From assembly GCF_964204645.1 (NCBI RefSeq), contig NC_134035.1:5146001-5210000 (forward strand): 64,000 nt of DNA, read 5' to 3'. Below are positions 50,301 through 59,800 of this stretch, one piece after another (position 1 is the stretch's first letter; the number at the start of each line of letters is the position of its first letter). Source of the DNA: Tubulanus polymorphus. Lineage: Eukaryota > Animalia > Nemertea. A model generated the notes under the pieces. The model was not told where the DNA came from and did not search any database. It saw only the letters and a program-made list of their open reading frames with translations. The translations under genes were made by a program, and so were the position numbers.

Positions 50301-52609
50301 GCTCACATTGACACGTTCGAACAACTGATTGTATCCAGCCAGTTGTTCTCATACGCCGAAAACTGCCCGGCAACTAGTTGTCTCCAATCGTAGTGTCGAT
50401 GTAGGCTAGGCCTTAGACATTCAGACATGACTGTTACATTGATCTCAGTATTTCATCATTGATAAGCAAAACTTAAGTCATCAGCGAAACGAAGACGAAT
50501 GGGTTTCTTTTTATTCTTTCATTTCTCTGATGAAGTTTGGTCAAAACTTAGGAACTGTCAGAATAAATAGTTAAACCATCAACAGCGGGTTTTGCTCATT
50601 GATTCAGAAATGTAATTAGTAGGCCTAATGCAGTACCTGTCTATAAAACTGGCCTCGGGACTCATTTGTTTGAATTCTTAAATGCCCGAATAGGGTTTCT
50701 AAATATTGAATGAGTTGATTTTATTTGCAATTGGATTAATTTTTCGCACAATGTTGAGAGGGCCCGAGTACAGTAAAGTAGAGGTGATAATTGGTTAAAC
50801 ATCCAATGAACGTTTTCTGCTTGTTTCTATTGAAGGTGGATTTATTGGACGAATCTGATGATTCCTCCGACGATCGAACGCGCGAATCTCGACGGCTCGA
50901 ATCACCTGACCATAATCAAAGGAGACCTCGGCGAGCCATCCGCGCTGGCCGTCGATACGGAGACCGGCCGATTGTACTGGGCTGATAAACAATCACGACG
51001 CATCGAATTCTCGGGACTCGACGGCGAAAATCGCGGGGACTTCGTCGCGCAGGTCTCGAATCCGACCAGTTTAACCGTCTACGGCGAGTACCTTTACTGG
51101 ATCGACCGCGATAAACACCTGATCGAACGCGCGAACAAACGAACGTCTCGCGATCGTCTGATCGTTCAGAGTCGTCTGTCGCATCTGAGCGACGTTCACG
51201 CGGTGAACGGCGGCGCCGACGCGTTCATGAAAGAACACCCGTGCACATACGAGAACGGACGCTGTTCGCACATCTGCCTGGCGACGCCGACGAAAACCGG
51301 GCCGGTCGTCGAGTGCGCGTGTCCCGTCAATTTAGTTCTGTCGACGGACGGCCGCACGTGCACGGAGCCGCCGACCTGCGCGCCCGATAATTTCCGTTGT
51401 TTGAGCGGTTCGATCGATTGTATCCCGTCCGTTTGGCGTTGCGACGGTTTACCGGAGTGCGAGGACATGTCCGACGAGAGTAACTGCCCGAAGTGCTCGG
51501 CTCAGCAGTTCAGCTGTAAAACCGGTCAATGCATCGACCGGCAGCAACACTGCGACGGTATCAAAGACTGCGTCGACGGTTCCGACGAGGACAACTGCTG
51601 CGCGCCGAATCAGTATCAATGTCTGAACTATCAGTGTATCTCGATACATCGATACTGCGACGGTCGTTACGATTGTAAAGATCGCTCGGACGAGAACAGC
51701 TGCTGTAAAAGCGACCAGTTTCGCTGCAAGAACTTTCAGTGCATCCCGAAGCTGGCGCATTGCGACGGATTTCAAAACTGTCTGGACGGCTCGGACGAGA
51801 TGATGTGTTCGGCGATCGAGGCCGGCGCCAACACGTACCACACGAGTCGCACGGGCTCGGCGCCGTACACCGTCGCCATCGTCGTCGTCATAGTCGTCGT
51901 ATTGTTGGTCGTCGCGATATTTTTGTTCAACTATCGTCGCAAAGGAAGTTCGTACGAAGAAACGCAGGATATAATCATGACGAAGCCGTTAAATCCGCTC
52001 TCGCAGACGACGCAATCGGGCGCCAAATCGGCGGCGCCGCCGCCGCATACGCTGACGGTATCGATGACGTCGCGCGGCAAATCGCAAACGACTCGTTTAT
52101 CGGTGAGCACCGGGTCGTACGATCGTAACCACGTGACGGGCGCGTCGTCGAGCAGCTCGAGCGCCACGCACTACCCGAAAGAGACGCTGAACCCGCCGCC
52201 GAGTCCGGTCACCGATCGGTCGCAGTGCAACGGCGATTTATACTGTTCGTCGAACTGCGTCGCGTCGACGATTCGTTCGTCGGCGTACCCGCCGCCGCCG
52301 CTCGGCCGGCATTATAAACGAGCGATCGCGCCGCCGCCCACTACGCCGTGCAGCACGGACGCGTGCGACGACTCGGAGCCGTACCATCGCGCGCTGCCGC
52401 CGTCGTCGCATCATCACAGACACTCGAAACAACGCCATTATCGATTAGTGGTCGATTACTCCGACTCGGATCCGTACCCTCCACCTCCGACTCCGCGTAG
52501 TCACTATCTCTCCGACGAGATGAGCTGTCCGCCCTCGCCTTCCACTGAACGCAGCTTTTTTAATCCGTACCCTCCACCCCCGTCGCCAGTAGGCTTGTCC
52601 GACTGTTAA
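35256..52609 (+). CDS. LRP6: LRP5/6 (arrow) Wnt co-receptor, complete, 15 exons, 1669 aa
   Basis: join(35256..35310,36401..36622,37073..37244,37723..38129,38325..38456,39128..39328,42608..42803,43273..43523,44078..44218,44530..44825,45210..45627,47293..47637,48751..48950,49843..50042,50836..52609) = 5010 nt, all GT-AG. Signal peptide, 4 YWTD propeller+EGF units, LDL-A repeats, TM helix, five PPP(S/T)P-type motifs. Confidence 0.96.
35852..36287. mobile_element. TIR element containing a tRNA-like segment and telomere-like ACCCTA repeats
   Basis: ggaagtggttattttg / caaaataaccacgtcc ends; tRNA-like head inside. Confidence 0.55.
36005..36070 (-). pseudogene. tRNA-derived (SINE-head-like) sequence
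   Basis: A box TGGTCTAGTGG and B box GGTTCGAGTC on -; no proper anticodon or acceptor stem. Confidence 0.6.
36401..36622 (+). CDS. LRP6: LRP5/6 exon 2 ([16 protein letters not shown])
   Basis: tag/gttagt. Confidence 0.93.
37073..37244 (+). CDS. LRP6: LRP5/6 exon 3 ([18 protein letters not shown])
   Basis: cag/gtaagt. Confidence 0.95.
37314..37685. mobile_element. ~370-bp dispersed element, CAGGG-type ends (hAT-like, inferred)
   Basis: shared aaaggtgcttgaa..cttcaattttgagaaa..gatttaggag with ~2925..3295, ~60298..60715 and fragment ~62515..62590. Confidence 0.65.
37723..38129 (+). CDS. LRP6: LRP5/6 exon 4 ([14 protein letters not shown])
   Basis: cag/gtgagt. Confidence 0.95.
38325..38456 (+). 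CDS. LRP6: LRP5/6 exon 5, EGF1
   Basis: tag/gtaagt, [10 protein letters not shown]. Confidence 0.95.
39128..39328 (+). CDS. LRP6: LRP5/6 exon 6 ([16 protein letters not shown])
   Basis: tag/gtcagt. Confidence 0.95.
39792..40203. mobile_element. piggyBac-type non-autonomous element with TTAA TSD
   Basis: TTAA-CCCTTAACACGAGTAGCG ... CGCTGGTCGTTATAGGGG-TTAA, imperfect TIRs. Confidence 0.55.
42105..42150 (-). ncRNA. minimal type I hammerhead ribozyme (mirror copy)
   Basis: exact reverse complement of 42166..42211. Confidence 0.72.
42166..42211 (+). ncRNA. minimal type I hammerhead ribozyme
   Basis: Stem I UUAUUC/GAAUAA, core CUGAAGA-U, stem II GACUAU/AUAGUC, GAAA, palindromic AACGUU in place of stem III, GUU cleavage triplet. 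Confidence 0.75.
42608..42803 (+). CDS. LRP6: LRP5/6 exon 7 ([18 protein letters not shown])
   Basis: cag/gtacgt. Confidence 0.95.
43273..43523 (+). CDS. LRP6: LRP5/6 exon 8
   Basis: tag/gtatgt, YWTD repeats. Confidence 0.95.
43680..43985. mobile_element. second copy of the 12926 MITE
   Basis: shared core cagattgctcg..taatcgctgagg..tctgattggct..atgacatca. Confidence 0.75.
44078..44218 (+). CDS. LRP6: LRP5/6 exon 9 ([13 protein letters not shown])
   Basis: cag/gtgagt. Confidence 0.95.
44530..44825 (+). CDS. LRP6: LRP5/6 exon 10, EGF2 and propeller 3 start
   Basis: cag/gttcgt. Confidence 0.95.
45210..45627 (+). CDS. LRP6: LRP5/6 exon 11
   Basis: tag/gtaggt, YWAD/YWTD repeats. Confidence 0.95.
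47135..47270 (+). mobile_element. hammerhead-core-bearing relative of the 42042 element
   Basis: CTGATGA-T-GGCT..AGCC-GAAACGTC plus shared tail ATTGTGGGATT..CATC..ACACGGATATCGTGT; stem I not evident. Confidence 0.6.
47293..47637 (+). CDS. LRP6: LRP5/6 exon 12, EGF3
   Basis: cag/gtaagt. Confidence 0.95.
47752..48147. repeat. ~60-bp tandem repeat (ttataacgaacagatttt..cctgaagttcgttgt..ggttccactgtatcag)
   Basis: about 6.5 units; single related unit near 32170. Confidence 0.9.
48751..48950 (+). CDS. LRP6: LRP5/6 exon 13 ([21 protein letters not shown])
   Basis: cag/gtgaga. Confidence 0.94.
49301..49699. mobile_element. MITE with long imperfect TIRs (PIF/Harbinger-like, inferred)
   Basis: ggtccgcacactagcaacaaagctgc / gcagctttgacgctagtgcgtggccc, flanked by TTAA. 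Confidence 0.65.
49843..50042 (+). CDS. LRP6: LRP5/6 exon 14 ([18 protein letters not shown])
   Basis: cag/gtaagt. Confidence 0.93.
50836..52609 (+). CDS. LRP6: LRP5/6 exon 15: end of propeller 4, EGF4, 4 LDL-A, TM, cytoplasmic tail
   Basis: aag acceptor, contains the 583-aa ORF, TAA at 52607..52609. Confidence 0.96.
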
Positions 52610-55600
52610 TAGGTAGCGCTCCACATTATTTACGCGCCCGAGCTCGAACTCGGGTCTTTTTGAGATTGTTGATGCCAGTGGCATGATGATGATGACGCAA
52701 TAAGTAGTGAGTTCAAGCGACTGGTATTTTTTCGTTCTATCCGCATTTATTATTATTTTGAAGTGTTCTTTTTTTATTCGTACGAATAAAATCTTTTTCT
52801 TTCATCGTTGCTTCGCGTAAACTGAGTTTGTAACGCAAAAGTGCCGCGGCTTTCCTGAATATTGCTTGCTGTGTCATAGATATTTTTATAGTGAGCTTGT
52901 GTAATTGCTGATGGGAGTCAGTTGTGCAGTCTAGGCTTTAATTCAAGGCCAGTTCAAGTCTATTTATTGTCAGCTAATCTAACATTTCAAATTTTCAAAT
53001 TCAGTCTAAACTGCTGTCGCCGGGCTCAGTCACTCAAGGCCAGTCACAGTCTCGAGTTTTGTTCACAAATTTAAAACCAAATTTAAGAGCTACCGAACCA
53101 ATGTCACAAGGTTGCAACTCGGTCCAGCATCTGATTTGACTTTGAAATCAAAATAAGTTTTTATCTAGTTATTATTAGAACCCCCTCGCCCGACTGTGGT
53201 GTTCTAAAACCCATCGAAGCAGGGAGTTTCAATGACAGTTGAATTGATAGAAAAGGTAGCAATTTTGTACTACGTATGATATTAGGTCAGTGTCTTATTA
53301 AACTCGTCCAGTTCGATTAAAAGTAGTTTCTCAGATGGATGAAACTGTTTCACTTCGTAGCCAGTACTGTTAGTATGTTATGAAGCAATATAGGTTCATG
53401 TTTAAGAGAATTAATGATGTATGATAATTTGCGTCCCGTGTCCAAATAGATTGTTAATCGAGAGATGGCTTAGGAGAAAAATAAAATAAAACTCGGAACT
53501 GGTTTCGAATCGGGTTTGAGTAGAAGATTTGATTGTTATATTTGTTTTACGAAACACCGGGCGGCGTTTTTGATTTACGCCTTAAATTGTATATATTTAC
53601 AGATTCTATAAACAACCAGTTCTTGTAATGAATGTATTGTTATGTTATGTATTAGTTATACTTGCCAGATTCGTGCAGGTAAATCACTCTGCAGCTGGAA
53701 CCTGCTGCTGTGCCCCTTCGGACAGATAACACTGTAGTGTGAAGTGCAGATGATCATGGTCCGATTATATATAGCGTCTTATGTATAATGTTTGTGGTTC
53801 ATTTTCGAATAGAAATGTCTCGGATGAATTTCAGAATATGTGGACAATCAGTTTTTGAAAGTGTGCTGATAAAATATGTAATGTCCGTTTAAGTAGTTCA
53901 TTTTCAATTAGAAATGTCTCGGCTGAAGTTCTAACACGCGTGAAATGTAGGTGATCAATTTTTGAAAGTGTGCTGTTGAAATATCTAATGTCTGGTGTTT
54001 GTAGTTCATTTTTCGAGTAAAAATGAACACAATCAAAGATCAAAGATGTGTGATCAAGTGCGGAAACAGTTGAGATGGTTCTGGCTGCAGATTGATGACG
54101 TCAACTTGTTACTATTAGACAATACTTTAGTACTATTAACGCAGTGATGTTTAAATTGAATGGTCACAACTCGATTTATTTCCCAGTACAATAAAATGGA
54201 CATCAACGATTATGTTTAAAACCCGAATAGGAAAGACGTGCTTTGAATTTTTACCACCAATTGAAATTTTAAATGAAAAATTGACGGATTTTTACATGAA
54301 TATCTTTAGATGAATATATGGTGTATGAAATGTGGATAATAGAATAGCATTGATTTTAGAAAGTTTTCATGAATTGATGTTATTAATGTATTAATAATTA
54401 TACGACAATGTTAAAAGGTGCTGATATATTTTTGTGCTGTAGATAATTCTGTAGTTTTATACGAGACTCTGTGTGTATAATAGATTATTATTATTATTAT
54501 TATTATTATGGATTGTATTGATATTATCGATATTAATATTTTACGTTAATCGTGTAGAAGATTTATATACAACAATCGACTGTAATTCGAATGAGATTGT
54601 TTTTTAACACCAGGGAGGGAGGGGTGGGGGGACGTTGTTTGCGTTATTGATGAAATTGTCAGTATCCTTGATTTGAAAATAACGGAATTGCTATTGGCAA
54701 ACTGTTGAATTTGTTTGTTCTGAAATATTGAAATTGTTGTACTTAACCAAGATCTTATCACGATAATCGATACCAATAGTGTCTTGCAGTCTTGGCCTAT
54801 TATTGTGAAGTTACACTTACTAATGACAGTGCTATAGGCCTGCTATTGAATTGGATTGTTAATGGTTTAAACACAATAATAATCCTAGATTTGGTACTAT
54901 CCCCATTGGTATATAAGTTCATGACAGACCTGGACCAACCGGGTATTCTTGGTTTGATAATTCACTGATTATTTCTAGCATCTCCCAAATTTGGTTTTTG
55001 GGGCGGCTGTGTTGTCATTTTTCCCGGAAGCTTGGCCAGGCCGTTTTATATCAGATTTCTTGAGTAATATGAATATCGAGCTGTTTTAGAAAACGTTGCG
55101 GCCCTAGTTATCATTTTATTTCATCAGAATTCTCTTGTTTCAGATGCTACAGTGTCGTTCGTACGTAGGTTATCAAAACATTGGTAGTTTCTCAAAGGCA
55201 TTAGAAAAAAACACTCCGCGATTTAAGTTCTGTAACTCCTCGGTCTATTGGACAGTCGATCGGTTGTGAGATATTCCTTCGATCAACTACGTCGCGTTCA
55301 ATTATGGCATAATAACGAAACAATCGGTTCAAATGAGCGAAAATAATGACAAATATATAAATATATATATATATATATATACATATATTATATACCCGAC
55401 TACCTCACTGTCAAAACGCTATCATTAAAGCACGCAGTACTTAGCGTTTTGCTATTTAAAAAAAGAATTTGAAAATAATGTTATCGGTTTTTACGCACAT
55501 GGCAATAAAAGAATAGATAATCACGTATCTCAAAGCAATACTCTATACGCGAAATATGTTTTCTGTTTTTTTTTTTTATGTGGGGTTGAATCGCGTATTA

Positions 55601-55709
55601 TTGTAATTAAAAACAAAACTACGAGATTATTATTATTATTATTACGGAAGTAATATCGACGCTTAGATGCAAAAACGAAAAAAACTTGCTTCATCGAAAA
55701 AATAGTTGA

Positions 55710-55727
55710 AATAAATAATTGAATAAA
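55710..55727 (+). terminator. candidate distal polyA signals of LRP5/6 (two AATAAA)
   Basis: AATAAA at 55710 and 55722 followed by a GT-rich tract; a proximal AATAAA also occurs near 52785. Confidence 0.5.
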
Positions 55728-56581
55728 TAGTGGAATTTTGTGTTTGTCTTATTGATGTCTTCTTGGATGCAAATTCGCGTCCTAGCATAGTTTTAAGTTT
55801 TCAGCTTGGAGATGACTACCACCTCCCTGAGATAACTAACCTACAGGGTGGAAGTCGCACGATTTCAGAAAAACGTTTTAAGTTTAATTCTCAATTTTAT
55901 GTTTGCATTAAGATTCTTGTATTTGATGTTTTTAAATGCTTCCGAAGGTTTTCAACTATACATTTAAATCGTAGATGCCTACATCACACGACTGACTTGC
56001 AGATAGTTGTTATAAGTAGAATTCATTTTATGCTTATCACGGGCAACCTGACATTTTTTGAGTTATCAATATCTCAGCGTAGACTGATGCCAAGAATTGT
56101 CATGGTTTGTAGTTGTAAGGCTTAAGCATAAGTAAGCACTTTTAGTACGGAAAAAGTGGTGTCACCCTTGATAGGCATTGTAACATTTTTATGGAAAGTA
56201 GGCACAAATAACGGCCTTAACCAATTATTCCCAAAAAGTAGCATTTAGTTGACTTGTCATGATGGACGAGTGTTAGAGCGTTCAAGTCTCTCAACTGCAC
56301 AGGTTTCATGATTTCAAATAGGGTTTCATTTACTCTCTTGAGAATCCCTGAATAATACAACCCTGTAAGTATCGACAGCAATCTGTGATTGGTATCTGTC
56401 CTCGGCTGCTAATTTCCGACCGGTCTGATCTTCGGTATCCTTCAACACGTTCTGTTGTGTCTTCATCTCCTCTAGCCTCTTGAGGCAAGTGAGTCAAATT
56501 AGCCGAGACATCCTTTTTAGATTAAGCCCAAAATTCAAAACAAAAAACAGTACAGAATGTATATTTAACATATTGATAATA

Positions 56582-56587
56582 TTTATT
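56582..56587 (-). terminator. candidate BBS2 polyA signal
   Basis: AATAAA on - about 125 nt after the stop, with a T/GT-rich tract further downstream. Confidence 0.5.
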
Positions 56588-56712
56588 ACACAAAAATGGA
56601 CGGAATCCACGACAAAACGAGCGGAACAGCAAAATCTATAAATATCAATGACTGACATGATGTGCACAATATAAATGTTTTATTTGAGATAAACGCGCGG
56701 GTGTAATTTCAC

Positions 56713-56813
56713 TCATGACGTCCCAGTTTTGATGATTTTGAACAAAGCGGCGATGTTGCTAGATTTGATGGCCGTCCGACACGCGTTGATCACTTGCGTT
56801 TTGTATTTACCGA
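56713..56813 (-). CDS. BBS2: BBS2 exon 17 (last)
   Basis: [12 protein letters not shown]...KTGTS*, cag acceptor. Confidence 0.93.
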
Positions 56814-59800
56814 CTGAAACAAAAACAGCCGTCAGATTTAAAATTGCACAAATACTGTCGTCGATAGAAAGGCGAAGTTTTGATTGATACCTCTGAGACG
56901 TCCGGCCTTTTGAATCATTTGATTGACTTGTTTTAAACAGCTGAGCAGTTCCGTGTGATTATTCGATCGTATCTTATATCCGTTGATCAAATCGCGATTC
57001 AAATCGTACAACTCCATGTAACCTTTCTTCATGTTCTTCCTGAAAAATGGAAAGAAATCGCGGACAATATTCAAATTTGTTCGTACCGAATTTTTCAAAC
57101 CCTTTTTGCAATTCGCTGTTCAGTGATATACTACATACATGTCATCCATAAGTCTGGCGTCTTCCGCGCGTACGACTAACGACCTGATGAGATTCGAATG
57201 GTCGGCCATTTCAGCTGTTAATTTCTGACGCACCGCGTGGTATTCATCGACCTGTCGCAACGAAAATAACGCTTACATGAAGTTTACACAAATCATTGTT
57301 GAAGTATTCAGCCCAGGGGATGCAGTTGATCATCAGGACACAGTTCCGAGTTAACTCATCGAAAATGAACTAATCTTAATTCGGAGTTTAATCTAACTCA
57401 CAACTGGGGAACTGGATCCTGAGTGCAGAGTTAACTCTAACTCACAACTGTTGAACCGGGTCCTGTTGATTAGAGTTAACCAGTCGTAGTTGACATGGTG
57501 ATGATTGAAAGTTTTATCTAACGTTAATCTTTAACCAACTGGCTCCAGAACCATTCTTTGCTTCAACTATCGATATATCACTGCATTTACTCTAATACAA
57601 TGTCTTTCCCTGAAGTCGCTTAAAGCCTTTTTACAGATTCAGACTATAATCCTGTCATTGAGGCCGAGGAATTATGATTCATTCACCTTGACTAGAATTT
57701 CACGTAATTTCTCCATCTCAGTCGGGAATTCGGCAGTCACTTGTAATTCGTCGATGTGCAGAAAAACGCATAAAGCCTGCACGACGTCGCCGGCTAAATC
57801 CATATCATCGGTCATTATTATCACCTAGAAATAATATATCTCTTTTCCTCTGAACAGTTTAAAATACAGACAACCCCCGATATACCGCCCACATCGGTGC
57901 AGAACGATTTTTGGGGCATAGAGAGTATGGCGGTATATCGGAAGTGTTTTTCTATGTATTTGTATAGAGGTGTACATTGAGAAAACCTGGCGGTAAATGG
58001 GAGGGTAGTATATCGGGGCTTGACTGTAAATCGAATGTTGTAATTCGGGCAGAAGCCTTTGCATCGATTAATACATCTCCATTTTAGTATTTTTGTGAGA
58101 AGGATCTGCTACTGTTGCCATTTTTGGATTTTCATCGATTAACTTAAATAAGTATGCTAGTCTTACCTGTCCGTTAGTTTCCATTTTGATTACCAGAGGG
58201 CCGCTGCCGCGTAGAGACATGAACGATGCATTAAGCGAACCTTCGCATGTTAGGTCCTCTTGCAGCAAGAAATTCTGATTGATCCACATCAGAACCTGAC
58301 ACAAAGATAATACGATTAAAACACCCGAGGTTTGACATGATAATTTCAGCGTCGAGGTCCATTTCTATTTTCAAAATACGTACGCGATTTATGCGTTCGT
58401 TAATTTGAAACGTCACGTGACTGCTCGGCTCGGCGACTGGCTGCGTACATAGCGCGTACATCGAAAACCTCTGCAACTGACGCATCAACTCGAACACGTG
58501 GAACTGAGTACTGAAATAACATCATAACATCGACAACTTGAAATTCAATGATTTCAAACAATTTTCATCACATAATTCTCAACTGGTACTTCATTCAAAC
58601 AGCTTCTCGAATTCAAAATAGACCAATCTTATATTGACGAATCTAACGACTCGAGACCAATCTTATATTGCGAGATAACTAGGCCGCGCGATCCTGGGTT
58701 AAAATTCAAGCCTCACTAAACGATAAGTTCGACTGCGACGATCGTAGATACCTGTTTCTCGAACCGACGAAAGCTTTAATGTGTAAATCGACGGGTACAT
58801 CTTTAGGAGGTACGATCGGCACGACTACATTACTGGAGAGATTCGCCGAGCTCGGGTGCCTGAAAAACGACAACGTCAACCGTAAAATATGTAGAAAAAC
58901 ACCAATTCTTGAAATTCGAACGCGATCGAACGATGTATTTACACGACGTGGCTCTCGCCCTCGAATATCCCTTCAGCGAAAATCAACACGGCTCGAATTA
59001 TCGTTTCATTCGTCGTCGAAACGACCAGTTCAACGTGAGGCTGAAAAATATCATCATCGTCATCATCATCATTTTATTCCTATTTCAAGCAGGATTTCAC
59101 AGCTGCCAACTGTTCCTGATTTTCAGTATTTGTTACTATCTTATAATGAGAAATACTGATTTGATTCGTTCAATGCATACAGAAATATGAAAGCTGTTAC
59201 TGAGGCTCTTACTGTTGAGTACTGATTAATTTGACTATTCTAGCACCCTGGGATTCTTCTGTGATCAAATCGAATACCAGGGTTTGTAGTGTCCATGACC
59301 AATCTCATTTAATGACTTTTTTGACCCAGATTTCAGGACTTATATATAACTGTCATGCTTAAGCCAGCTCTAATAATCAGTTTTAAGAGCAATAACAGTT
59401 AACTTGTATCTAAGATCTGCAGCCTAATGACAACATATAACTGATACCATTCAACCATCTAAGAATTTTATGATACTTAAGGCCTTGAATTGACCCATTC
59501 CAATTCATAACTTTTTAGGACCTTCAAGGACTGCTATGAGCCCTGATAGAATACTAACTCTAGTTGTGTCTGAACCGGTATTCACTCTTAAAGTCGTCTG
59601 CAATTGAGTGTTCGCCTGAAATGACAACAAAGACAACATAAATTGACGACATCACTGATTTTCACACGAGTATCGTTGATGTTTTACACTCACGGGTATG
59701 ATTCCCATTTGTACAGAATCGAGATCACCGAGTCCGGACGGACGTTCTGAACTCGACACCCGCGCATTCTCTTCATAGTTGTGTAATTCGAGCAGCAAAT

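Noticed and set aside
51071-52684. Antisense and alternate-frame ORFs over LRP5/6 exon 15
   Set aside because: Expected shadows of GC-rich coding sequence.
55730-56580. Overlap of convergent LRP5/6 and BBS2 3' ends, or a 131-aa intergenic gene
   Set aside because: Predicted polyA sites are about 0.85 kb apart, and the ORF starts at GTG with no coding features.
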